From Octopus sinensis (Eukaryota), in NCBI RefSeq assembly GCF_006345805.1, contig NC_043011.1, positions 31,136,464-31,200,463 on the forward strand: DNA of 64,000 nucleotides, read 5' to 3'. Under the pieces are notes generated by a model. That model saw only the letters and a program-made list of their open reading frames with translations, was not told the origin of the DNA and did not search any database. Every line of letters begins with the position of its first letter. Positions within the stretch are counted from its first letter, which is position 1. Positions 50,851 to 62,271 of the stretch are shown in pieces. Position numbers and translations under genes: made by a program.

Positions 50851-53393
50851 CTGAAAAATAGAAGGATAAGAAAATCAAAATCAAGATTTACATGTTGTCT
50901 GAAAAATATATTGAAAGAAAAAAAAAAAAATCTATAACAGAGCAAGTAAATTCAATAAAGAACAATAGTTAACCAACTTACTACACACTCTTCCAGTTCT
51001 GCAGTGAATATCCTCTCTAACACTAGCTGGGCAACACGGTCCCCTTTGTTGACTGAGATACAAAACATCAAATAAATAAAACAATTACTTTTACTAAAGT
51101 ATAAAAAAAACAGAAAGATCAGATCAGTTATATTGGGAAATAAAGAAAAGTAAAATAATAAAATGATTTTTTCTTTATTCTCATTACATGGAAAAAAGAA
51201 ATACAACCTACCTTTGAAATCAGTCTCAGAAAAATTGAAAAGAAGAACACCAACATTTCCTCTGTAATCTTGATCAATAACTCCAGCTGAAAGGAGAAAC
51301 AAAGACAGCTGTAATTCTTTTTTGAAGCACCAACTTGATGTTTGATTAACTTCAGAAACGCATACTCCCACCTCTTTTTATTACACAAATGTAAATATGG
51401 ACTTCTATACAAGAAAATCGTATTATGGTATCAGTCACATTGGAGATAATGCTTGTGACAATTTTATTAACATAGTAACCCAATTTTGCTTACATGGTTG
51501 GTAGACTGGTCAATACAATGTGTGTAACCAAGTAATAACTTCGATTTGATATCACATGGTAATACAGAAGAGAACTTACCTCCAACATCAATGAAATGCT
51601 TTAAAGCCAGTCCTGAACGAGGAGCTACAAAATAAAAATACAGTCCATCAGGTAAGATACTGACTAGGTAAAAACTGACAAAAAAACAAGCAACCTGATA
51701 CTGATCACATTATCTTGTCATAGCTTAATATTTATTTTGCTATGTTGCCGAGCAAGGTAGATAATAACCAGCCCCAGCTCTTCTGATCTGGATGAGTGAT
51801 CAATAAAAACATTCGTATTATTCTACTGACTATTAGAGCTATTACCACCTAAAGACCCCCTTCGGTCATGAATGACCATGGGATTGCACCTAGAAAGTTA
51901 CCCTCCTAGACACAAGTTCGGGCAAGGTTGTTTATGGAAGACCAGCAGTCGCCCATGCATACCAGCCTCCCCTCTCCACACCACCAGTGTTATCCAAGGG
52001 AAAGACAAAGGTCGATACAGCTTGGCACCAGTGACGTCGCAACTCATTTCTACAGCTGAGTGAACTGGAGCAACGTGAAATAAAGTGCCTTGCTCAAGAA
52101 CACAACACCCAGCCCGGTCCGGGATTCGAGCTCACAACCTCACAATCGTAAGCTCGACGCTCTAACCACTGAGCCATGCGCCTTCACTATATTACCACCA
52201 GCGACGGCTGAAAACAAAATTTTCAATTAATAATCTAAAAATTGGTTGCAATAGTACTTGGTCAACAATTTCATCATAACAGCTGGATGTGATTCCTACT
52301 ACCAGGAAATAATCAAAGAAGTAGAAATGGAACAACTTGTTTTAAAAACAGGTCCAAGTACACAAAGGAGTTTATTTGCTTAAGTAATTTAAAACAAGCA
52401 GGAGTGGCTGTGTAGCTTGCTAACCAACCACATGGTTCCGGGTTCAGTCCCACTGTGTGGCATCTTGGGCAAGTGTCTTCTACTATGGCCCCGGGCCGAC
52501 CAATGCCTTGTGAGTGGATTTGGTAGACGGAAACTGAAAGAAGCCTGTCATATATATGTATATATATGTGTGTGTTTGTCCCCCTAGCATTGCTTGACAA
52601 CCGATGCTGGTGTGTTTACGTCCCCGTCACTTAGCGGTTCGGCAAAAGAGACCGATAGAATAAATACTGGGCTTACAAAGAATAAGTCCCGGGGTTGATT
52701 CGCTCGACTAAAGGCGGTGCTCCAGCATGGCCGCAGTCAAATGACTGAAACAAGTAAAAGAGTAAGCATAACAACCTGAAAATATTTGTGTTGAACTACA
52801 CTAATGAGGGGAAATCTAGAATCTAGATATTTGCTCAAATAACCATTTGACTGATAAAAATGGCTTGCTTCCATCTTATAATTCTGCTTGTTCCTCCATT
52901 ACTCAGCCTGTCTGCAATGTTTTCACATGATCAGTTGAAGAGGGAAGGGAGGAGAGATGAGGGAGAGAGGTGGTTGTGAGCAAGGAACTAAGTTTTTTTT
53001 CTCCGTTACTTAGCCTGTCTGTAACACTTTCACTGATTAGTTGAAGGGTAAAGCGAATAATGAAAGAAAAGGGAGAAAAAGAAGGTAAGGTAAATAGTGA
53101 GCGTGCTGAGTATTAAGTAATCATGGTATTCCAGTTTCCTTTACTTTTCAATCATTAGCAGATGAGCGACTATCTTTTGATAGAAACAACACAGGCTATG
53201 CTTTCAGGTTTACTGTTAATTCTGTGAAATATTTATGGGTTCTGCTAGTAGGTAATATTTTACAAGGGAAATGAAGTCAATACAATTAGTTTATAACTTA
53301 CCCACTCTTCCATAACAGCCTTCAGGTAAAGCTATCTGGAGATCTGTTTTGGCTAGCAATTTTCCTTTAGAAGGGACTGTGTACTCATATGCA
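50794..53393 (-). CDS. DUT: dUTP pyrophosphatase (dUTPase), 3' five coding exons: 53302-53393, 51580-51624, 51212-51286, 50982-51052, 50794-50850; 5' exon not found
   Basis: Spliced: (S)[112 protein letters not shown]. Contains motifs 2-5; exon phases are consistent. Confidence 0.95.
50982..51052 (-). CDS. DUT: DUT exon (motif 4)
   Basis: (V)[23 protein letters not shown]. Confidence 0.93.
51212..51286 (-). CDS. DUT: DUT exon (motif 3)
   Basis: (A)[24 protein letters not shown]. Confidence 0.94.
51580..51624 (-). CDS. DUT: DUT exon (motif 2)
   Basis: (A)[14 protein letters not shown]. Confidence 0.93.
51850..52189 (-). mobile_element. Full-length tRNA-derived SINE with 10-bp TSD in a DUT intron
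   Basis: tattaccacc at 51840-51849 and 52190-52199 flanks a complete copy. Confidence 0.85.
52398..52765 (+). mobile_element. tRNA-derived SINE
   Basis: Same family as 21358. Confidence 0.8.
53302..53393 (-). CDS. DUT: DUT exon
   Basis: gttttag|T GCA TAT GAG...AGA GTG G|gtaagt = (S)[30 protein letters not shown]. Confidence 0.93.
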
Positions 53394-53671
53394 CTAAAAC
53401 AAAGAATTAAAAAAAAATATAGTTTTTCATTCTAAAAGGCTTAAATAATTGTAGCTATTAGGAATCTTATTTATATACCTCACCCAGCCAGTTCTATGAT
53501 GCAAGATCTACTGTAAAAAATTTAAGCCATTAACTTTATGTATCTTTCTTTCAGATATTAGTTGTTTATAATAAGACATTTCAGTGGACATTGTTGACTA
53601 TAATAAGAGAGAGCAGGGTAAAATAGCGATGTGTGTACATTAGCTATTATCTATAAAAGACTGCACCATAA

Positions 53672-54018
53672 GGTGCAGGAGTGGCTGTGTGGTAAGTAGC
53701 TTGCTTACCAACCACATGGTTCCGGGTTCAGTCCCACTGCGTGGCATCTTGGGCAAGTGTCTTCTACTATAGCCTCGGGCCGACCAAAGCCTTGTCAGTG
53801 GATTTGGTAGACGGAAACTGTAAGAAGCCCGTCGTATATATGTATATATATATGTGTGTGTGTTTGTCCCCCCAACATCGCTTGACAACCGATGCTGGTG
53901 TGTTTACGTGCCCGTAACATAGCGGTTCGTCAAAAGAGACCGATAGAATAAGTACTAAAGGCGGTGCTCCAGCATGGCCGCAGTCAAATGACTGAAACAA
54001 GTAAAAGAGTAAAGAGTA
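53672..54018 (+). mobile_element. tRNA-derived SINE
   Basis: Same family as 21358. Confidence 0.8.
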
Positions 54019-54408
54019 TATTAGAATTTCTTTGAGTATGGTTATAAAACACAGGCTTGGTGGTCAGTATTTTCACGAGAAACATTAGCTCATTCCTGTT
54101 GCTGAGCATTGAAGGTGGTGGTGGTGGATGAAGAGAATCTAACCTCCAAAATATCAAATTTTTCTCAAGTTCATGCACTAATTCTAGCCCCACCCCTCCC
54201 TTTAAATCAGGTTTGAAATTCTTCAAAGTAAAAATGAATTTTCTAAAAACTTGGTTATGAGCGCTTCTGAATAACTTCAGAACTATATATTGACACATAA
54301 ACACACAAAATTAACTGGCGCCGTCAGTTACAACGATGAGGGTTCCAGTTGATCAATGGAACAGCCGGCTCACGAAATGAATGTAGTTCTCAGTGATGCA
54401 GTTTTTCA

Positions 54409-54960
54409 GAATCGTAATCTTCGTCATATTTTTCTACGTATTTTGCAAATTAAAAAAAAAAAAAATAAAAATGAAGGGATGGGGGAGAGTACTCGAAGTT
54501 ATGACGGAAAAATCGGATCTTCTGAAAGCCCCCCCCCCCCCACCTCGTCAGCACGCATTTTTTCTCTCCCCCAGGCTGGTTATTTATTTTTTTTGTTCCC
54601 GGGTGAAGGTCTTTATTTTAATCAATTTTTTTTTTTACACCTAGTACTTTGTTTTTGGTGACCGGGTGCTAAACAGGATCCTGAAAGTTACGGATCGTGA
54701 ATTTTCCAAGTCGTCTCCCCACCCCTTAGGAAAACATTTCCCCCCGCAAATTTCTTTAAAATCGTAATCTATGCCACTTGAACGATATTTCTATAAAATT
54801 TCACTAATATATATATATATCCATTTTCCTGAAAGTTATGATGGAAAAATTGGATCTTGTGAATTTTCCGAAAGTCCTCTCCCCATCCGTTCGTCTGCGC
54901 AAATTTTTGTTTTCATATTCGGTTTCTGGGCAGTTATTTTTTTTATTTTTTGGTGACTGG
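54409..54960. repeat. Imperfect tandem repeat (three gaaagtta(t/c)g...ggatc...cccc...ccgggtg units), probable DNA transposon end remnant
   Basis: Unit motifs recur near 54494, 54682 and 54831. Confidence 0.5.
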
Positions 54961-55223
54961 GAGTTAAAGACGAAATGCCGCTAAGCATTTTGTCCGGCGT
55001 GCGTACTAAGGATTTTCTGTCAGCGCGCCGCCTTCGTTAATCACACAAAGAAAAATGATTTCGGTGTTTGTTTAGAATATTTCACACATTAATTATTAGT
55101 TAAGTTTCTCGCCCACTTAAAGCTTTTGTTGCCACCTATCGAAACGAAAGTCCTCCGCTCCCCGAAAAACAAACAAAAACCAACTTAATTTCTGTATAGA
55201 TTCGATCATCAATTTATACATAT

Positions 55224-55363
55224 ACACACACGTTCATACAAAACGTATACATATATATGGAAGCCCCCGCACACACACGTTCATACAAAACGTATACATA
55301 TATATGGAAGCCCCCAACACACACACGTTCATACAAAACATATGTATGGAAGCCCACACACAC
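55224..55363. repeat. 47-bp tandem repeat, about 3 copies
   Basis: acacacacgttcatacaaaacgtatacatatatatggaagcccc repeated. Confidence 0.9.
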
Positions 55364-55688
55364 AAGTAATCTCATTCATTCATACACATAATAAAGTGGG
55401 CGAAGAAATGTATCGTACATACTAGATGTAGTCTACACATCTTTCTGCACAGCGTGTGCATGTATTATCATTATTGATTTTTATCATTCCTATATCAATT
55501 TAATTTCCTAGAAATTATATGCTAATACTTTTTTTAAAGATAGCATTTGCTTTATGCCTATCTAGTTTAGTAAACCACTTTCGGGTAAACACGCCGTTTA
55601 ATTTCATTCACTTCGGACCTGCATTAACAGAGATACAAATGCAGAGGCGTAATGTTAAGTTTTGAGTATCCAGACCCATTGATCGAAA

Positions 55689-58203
55689 CGTAATTTATCG
55701 AAAACAAATGAACGAAAAAGCAATTGATGGAAATAACACTTATTCGAATAAAAAAGTAATCGAATTATAAATATTAAAACAATTTTGTTTTTTAAAAGGT
55801 TTATAATGGTTTTATTAATACCATCTTTTTAAAATTTAAAACGTTTATGTGCGCGCGTGCGTATGCATCATATTTACGTCCCTTTGTCCCGAGATCGATG
55901 ATATTGAAAAATGGCTGAATTTGTACCAAAAGAAAAAGGAAACCCCTTGTTATTATTCAATGGATACTTGTTCGTCAAAGAGAAGGAAGCTGGAAACAGA
56001 ACGTATTGGAAGTGCCAGAATTATAATAAGCACTGTAACTGTCGTGCCAAAACCGCTGGTGGTGAGATTATTTCTGTTTCCTGTGAACATAATCATACTG
56101 CTAATCCAGCTAAGGTCGAAGCGCGCCGAATTGCGAAAACAGTCAAGACTGAACCCGAAGAAACACCTAACTCACCCCAGTTTGTAATTTCAAATGTAGC
56201 TTCACATAATAGCACTGTTACAACTCCAGTACTACCTTTACATAATCATACAGTTATTCCAGCTAATGTCGAAGCGCCCCAACTTACGGGAAAAGTCAAG
56301 ATAGAACTTGAAACATGTGACTCTTCACCTCCGCATGTAGTTTCAACTGTAGCTTCAGATAACAGATTTGCTTCAACTCCAGTACTACCCTCAGTAAGTA
56401 ACATGAAACGAACAATTCAACAAGTACCTCGAGAAAAAAGAGCCAAATGTAGTAAAGATTTTCCAGAGGACCCTACCAAAACTAAAAAAGCTAAATTTGT
56501 TCAAAGCGAAAAAGGAAAACCTATGTTGTTAGTAGATGGATATTTGTTTGTTAAAGACAAGGAATTGAAAAATAAAAAATATTGGAAGTGTCAGAATTAT
56601 AAAAAATATTGTAAATGTCGTGCCAAGACAGATGGGGATGAGGTCATTTCAGTTTCTGGAGAACATAACCATGCCGGTAATCCAGTTAATGTTGAAGTGC
56701 GGCGATTTATGGAAAAAATTAAGAATGACTCTAAAGAAACTCACGATTCACCTCAATATGTAATTTTAAATGCTGCTTCAGATATTAGTAATCTAACAGT
56801 TCCCGCACTACCCCCGCTTAGTAGTATAAAACGGACGATTCGACGAGTGCGCCAACGAGAAATTTGCGGGTTACCTGTACCCAACCATAGAAAAGACATA
56901 ACCTTTCTTGACGAATATACCAAAACAAATAGGGGAGACGACTTCCTGTTGTTTGATTCGGGCCCAAGTGAAGACAGAATGTTGATATTTTCGACCCGAC
57001 AAAATCTGTATGTTCTTGATTCGTGTCAAAATGTCTTCATGGATGGCTCCTTTAAAACAGTGCCGGTAATATTTGATCAACTCTATACAATTCAAGGTCT
57101 TAAAAATGGATTTTGTCTTCCTTTGATATTTGGATTGTTACCCAATAGGAAAGAAGAAACGTACATTAAATTTGTTAAGACAGTAAAAACACTAGTACTG
57201 TTTTCAAACATTGATTCAATTACTACAGACTTTGAACCGACAATGATAAAGGCTGTCAGGACAGAATTCGATTCCGTTAATCTGTATGGTAGTTTTTTTC
57301 ATTTAGGGCATTGCCTATACAAAAAGGTATGCGCCTTCGATCTAAAAGAGAAATACAACACAGATGCACATTTTTCACTAAGTATTCGCATGCTTTTAGC
57401 TCTAGCTTTTGTTCCAACAGAGCAAGTGTATGATGCATTTGGAGCGCTAGTAGATGAAGCGGTATATCCTCCAGAGGCCCTTCCAGTAGTTGACTATTTC
57501 GAAGACACGTGGCTAGGACGACCATGTATTCGCAATGGTCGCCGTCCACCTATATTTGACTTAAAGATGTGGTCCTGTTTTGACAGAGTGCAACAGAATT
57601 TACCAGAAACAAATAACGCTATTGAAGTATGGCACCGAGCATTTTTGCATCAAGTCTCGGCGAACCGGTCAACAATTTGGAGATTTATAGAAGAGCTGAA
57701 GAGAGAACAATCTTTGAACGAGATTAATATAGAAAAATTACTCAGCGGAATGGAGTGCGAATCAAATACTAAAGAATGTCGCATTTCTGCCAAGCAACTT
57801 AAAAAACTCACTGAATCGTTTCAAGAATACACCAATGTAGTCGACTATCTATGCGCAGTAGCTCATAACGTGAGACTATAACGCTTTTTATAATTTTTTA
57901 CATCAGCTAAATAAATAGTTTGTAGAACGAAAACATTTGCACCTTTTTTAAATATTGATTCAGTTTCTTGTGACTTTGAACGAGCTATGACAAAAGGCCA
58001 CAGGTTTTCAGACTATCAACACCACACACATTATATACAACTTCATTCTAAAAATAAAAAAACACGACAATGTAATTTCCGCCCTTCAATCCTTTCTATA
58101 TTTCTAAAATCTGTTAATAATTCGACTAATTGTTGAATCGAGCAACTGCTACTTCGAACAACTGTCTTGTTTTTCGTTTAGCCATTTTCGATAAATTGCC
58201 ACG
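55689..58203 (+). mobile_element. Mutator-like (FLYWCH/MULE) element with decayed TIRs (about 55689-55772 and 58113-58203)
   Basis: The two flanks align as reverse complements at about 60/81 positions (manual count) and contain repeated TCGAA sub-motifs. No TSD recognised. Confidence 0.7.
55911..57881 (+). CDS. Intact 656-aa protein: two FLYWCH zinc fingers plus MULE DDE transposase domain (possibly domesticated)
   Basis: Two LL.(N/D)GYLF...YWKC...C.CRA...HNH motifs; MDGSFKTVP..FDQLYTI, TDFE and TNNAIEVWH catalytic motifs. Single exon, good start context, AATAAA at 57910-57915. Confidence 0.9.
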   Translation: MAEFVPKEKGNPLLLFNGYLFVKEKEAGNRTYWKCQNYNKHCNCRAKTAGGEIISVSCEHNHTANPAKVEARRIAKTVKTEPEETPNSPQFVISNVASHNSTVTTPVLPLHNHTVIPANVEAPQLTGKVKIELETCDSSPPHVVSTVASDNRFASTPVLPSVSNMKRTIQQVPREKRAKCSKDFPEDPTKTKKAKFVQSEKGKPMLLVDGYLFVKDKELKNKKYWKCQNYKKYCKCRAKTDGDEVISVSGEHNHAGNPVNVEVRRFMEKIKNDSKETHDSPQYVILNAASDISNLTVPALPPLSSIKRTIRRVRQREICGLPVPNHRKDITFLDEYTKTNRGDDFLLFDSGPSEDRMLIFSTRQNLYVLDSCQNVFMDGSFKTVPVIFDQLYTIQGLKNGFCLPLIFGLLPNRKEETYIKFVKTVKTLVLFSNIDSITTDFEPTMIKAVRTEFDSVNLYGSFFHLGHCLYKKVCAFDLKEKYNTDAHFSLSIRMLLALAFVPTEQVYDAFGALVDEAVYPPEALPVVDYFEDTWLGRPCIRNGRRPPIFDLKMWSCFDRVQQNLPETNNAIEVWHRAFLHQVSANRSTIWRFIEELKREQSLNEINIEKLLSGMECESNTKECRISAKQLKKLTESFQEYTNVVDYLCAVAHNVRL

Positions 58204-58479
58204 TAGTTTTTCTTTGTATTTATTTTCGTTCACTTACATTTTCCTGACAACCAGCTAAAATAGGCAACAACACATTGCTTGTACACTGCTAGCAGTAGAA
58301 AGCATTATATCACCTCATATTACAATCAACTTTTTAAATCTTAAAACTTCTGACATTTTAGAAGTTTTCAAAGTAAACGGAGTTAGCTCCCTTGTGACAG
58401 CAGTAACCAGACAAAACGTTTCTTTTCCATGTAATAATTTTCCGCTTATTTTTAGCAGTTCATGATTTTTTTTCTAGAT

Positions 58480-58740
58480 GGTTCCGAGTTCAGCCCCACT
58501 GCATTGTACCTTGGGCAAACACTACAACCCTAGGCCAAATGAAGCCTAGTGAGTGGATCAGAAATCAGGAAACAAAGAGGTTTCGTTTTTATGTCTTAGT
58601 ACCCACATATAGCTTTGACAACCGGTGTTGGTTTATTTAAGCCCCATAATCTAGCGGTTCGGTAAAAGTGACCGACAGATTAAATACTGGGGTCGATTTG
58701 ATTGGCTAAACTCTTTAAGGCGGTGCTCCAGCAGGGTCCT
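58480..58740 (+). mobile_element. Degenerate tRNA-derived SINE
   Basis: Diverged copy of the 21358 family. Confidence 0.6.
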
Positions 58741-59319
58741 TTTAAATGAGAAATATCAAATGAAAATTTTATCTACGCCAGTTCTCTTTGAAACTCAATT
58801 AGATGATTTGCTAATGATGTAAAACCACTAAATCGGAATATTTGACATTTTAATATTCTTTTAGAGATAACGAGTCAATATACTAATTATGTAAAAGGGA
58901 TAAAGCAATAATTCCGAATATATATAGCGAGAGAGAGAGCACAACAAATTGACAGCGTAGACATGACCTTTTTTCTTTCGTCTAATTCCGAATAATTTAT
59001 TTGTAAAATTTGTGGTCTTCACTTTAATTTTCCTGTCACTCAGTCGCTACAAAGATTTTTGGATGGAGCTAGGCTCACTATTTTCGCTTGCATTGAAAAT
59101 GCGTTGTGTTTATAATGTCTATATTTCTAAGAGTTTATATACATTATTATATCGATTCTCCAGTCGGTCTTGACATATGAGGACCCTTCAACCCATTGAG
59201 TTTATGTTGAGTCGGGTATGTCATTAGTCCTGTCAAAAAGTTGCAAACCAGTCCAGATTGTGCCAGAGTGTGTGGATTACGGAAGTGTTGCTGCTGTGCT
59301 TGATAATGCTTTTGTCCAT

Positions 59320-62038
59320 CTGTTGGCATCCTTTTTGTCTCGGGAGACAATGGAGTTGCGCTTAAAATAATCTAGACCGGCTTTTACATTTCATGTCCTA
59401 ATACATCTCCTGCTGTGGCTGTGTAGTCCTATCCTGGACAAACACTCCCTCTGGCGGGTGCCGCAAATGTAGCGAAGACTGTTCCTGGCTGGTTGTAATG
59501 TCTTAGTTTCTTGTTGACGTCTTGTCTTGTCTTTCTTGTCTTGTCTTGCCTTGCCAATGTGTATATTGAGCTCAGCATCAAGGGATAGGTTGTAGGTGAC
59601 GGTAGAGCCAAGATAGGTAAACTTCTCCACCTCCTGTAATCTGTGGTCTCCAATATGTATGTTTAGGATGTCCAATGTAGCCTGACCCATGATGTTGGTC
59701 TTCTTGAGGCTGATAACTAAGCCAAAGTCGTTACATGCTTGCTCAAAACAGTTGATGAGCCTTTGTAGGGCTTCTGTGTGTGATACCAGAGTGGCATCAT
59801 CAGCAAATAGCATCTCCTTGATCAGGATGCTTCTGATTTTGGTCTTGGCACACAGGCATGAGAGATTGAACAGTTTCCCGTCACTTCTACTGTGCAGAAA
59901 CACTCCATCATCTGATGTCTGAAAGGCATGTGAGAGCAGCAGCGAGAAGATGCCAAATAATGTAGGAGCAAGGACACCTTGCTTTACCCTGTTTTTTATT
60001 TGGAAGGTGGCTGATGTTGAACCATTGTGCTGTATGGTGCCTTGCATATCATCATAGAAAGCTTTGATGATCCTCAGCAGCTTTGGTGGACATCCGATTT
60101 TTTGAAGCAGGATGAAGAGGCCTTTCCTACTTACCAAGTCAAAGGCCTTTGTCAGATCAATGAAGGCCATATATAATGGCATTTTCTGCTCTCCTGAAGT
60201 TGGCATATGGAGAATATCATGTCAATAGTTGATCTGCTTCTTCTAAAGCCACACTGCGATTCTGGATAAATTCGAGAAGCAAGCAGTTGTAGCCTGGACA
60301 GGATAACGCAAGCAAAGGTCTTTCCAACAGTAATTGTTACAATCACCACGGTCACCTTTGTTCTTGTAAAGCGTAATCATGTTAGCATCCTGCATATCCT
60401 GAGGGACTGTACCCTCTTTCCAGCACTGACACAGAAGCTCATGAAGGTGCCAAAGCAGGATGGTGTTCTTGCCGGCTTTGATGATCTGTGAGGGGATGCC
60501 ATCTTTTCCCGGGGCCTTGTTACTTGCTAGGGAGTCAATAGTCTTGGTGAGCTCTGCTATAGATGGTGGACTGTCAAGATATTGACACTCTCGATTGCAG
60601 CCTCAGCTACCATGGTCTCTCGTGAGTAGAGATCCTGGTAGTACTCCACCCATCTATCCATTTGCTTGCTTTGGTCCTTGATGAGATCTCTAGTAGTTGA
60701 TTTCAGAGGGGCTGACTTGGTTGCGGATGGACCGATGGCCTTCTTCAAACTGGCATACATCCCATGGGTGTCGCCAGCCGACTGGATACTGACAGATTTC
60801 CTGCCAATACCTATTTGCACAGCATCAGGCTGTCAGTTGGGTTTTATTTCTTGCCTTTCTGAGTTCTTCGAGTGACTTTGTAGAAGAATCACTCTTGTAT
60901 TGAATCAGAGCTGCACGGTTTGCTTCGATAACTGCTTCCAGCACTGAACCAATCTGGGTTTTGCCTTTCTCTCATGCCGAAAGTATCTATTGATGTGGTA
61001 TACAAAGCTTCCCTGATATAATTCCACCTACTTTCAGCAGAAGAGGTTGGGCAGCTAGAGGGCAACCTTGATAGAAACAGCAAAACATTTTTGCAGTGTA
61101 GGGTCCGAGGTTCTGGCAGTGTTAATGCGTGGTCGGCCCATTTTCTTGGAGTGATGGACTTTTTAAGGCAGAATCCTCACCCTGCTTCTAATTAGTGAGT
61201 GATCTGTGTCACAATCCGCGCTGTGGTAACTACAGGTCAGTTGAACAGAATTCAGAAAGGATCTTCGTGTAATGATGAAATCCAGCTGATGCCAGTGGTG
61301 AGATCTTGGATGTCTCCAAGATGCCTTGTTGGCAAAGAATGTGTTGGTGATGCACAGGTTATGGTATGTACAAAATTCAAGTAGTCTCTGACCATTGTCA
61401 TTCATGTTGCCAATACCAAAGTGTCAAACACACATGGGCCACGAATCATGGTCAGATCCCACGCGAGCGTTAAAATCTCCTAGAAGGTAGATGTTTTCAT
61501 TGGTTAGTATATTTTTAATGACACAGTTGAGATCTTTGTAGAACTGGTCCTTGGTCTCCTCTGAGTTGTAGAGAGTGGGAGCATAGATGCTCAATAGATG
61601 TACTGAACCAGATGTCAAGAGGCGCAGTGAGAGGATACGCTCAGTGCCTCCTGATGGTGGTTCTATTGAGGAGAATAATGAGTTTCTCACTGCAAAGCCA
61701 ACATCATGCTGACGAGGTTCTTCTGGATCGCTTCCCTGCCAAAAGAAGGTGAAATCCTGTTCTTTGAGTTTGCCGTTTGAGGGGAGTCTTGTCTCCTGCA
61801 GCCCAGCAACGTCATCAGATATAACAGGGCACATGGTCCTGACATTCCAGCTTGCTAACCACAGGACTGGTGGTTTGTCTTTTAGTTGTTTGCCGGATTT
61901 CTTTGAAGGTTGTCTCCTTTCCGTAACCCTGGATAGGGGCCCATACCGGGTACTGTCAGCCGGAGCCAGCTGAGCCCGGGACTCGTGTCAGGCAGGGTCG
62001 TCACTCCCTGAAGTAGTGAAGAAGTTCGCTACCCACTA
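59320..62038 (-). mobile_element. Near full-length degenerate RTE-clade LINE (APE endonuclease + RT), frameshifted
   Basis: LQETRL, SIYAPTL, LGDFNARVG and SDH-region APE motifs; QCGFR..RSTIDMIF, AFIDLTKAFD and LFADD RT motifs; terminal SRIGLHSHSRRC. Confidence 0.93.
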
Positions 62039-62047
62039 CCTTTTCAA

Positions 62048-62271
62048 GTAATGTTAAATTATTATCAAATTTTTCATTTTTTTAATTGTTATTTATATAT
62101 TTATTTTTAACCACTAATCTGCTATTACCACTGCCTCTGCTACTGCTGAAAATGATATTGCTGCTGCTGCTAATGATAAATGCGGGGCCCCTGTATGAAA
62201 ATTAGTGGTTAAAAATAAATATATAAATAACATTAAAAAAAAAGAAGAAAAATTTAATAATTTAACATTAC
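62048..62271. repeat. Short inverted repeat (71-bp arms 62048-62118 and 62201-62271), MITE-like
   Basis: gtaatgttaaattatt...ttttaaccactaat versus attagtggttaaaa...aataatttaacattac. Confidence 0.8.

Noticed and set aside
55224-55363. CRISPR-like or spacer-containing array
   Set aside because: Units are directly tandem without unique spacers, and the context is eukaryotic.
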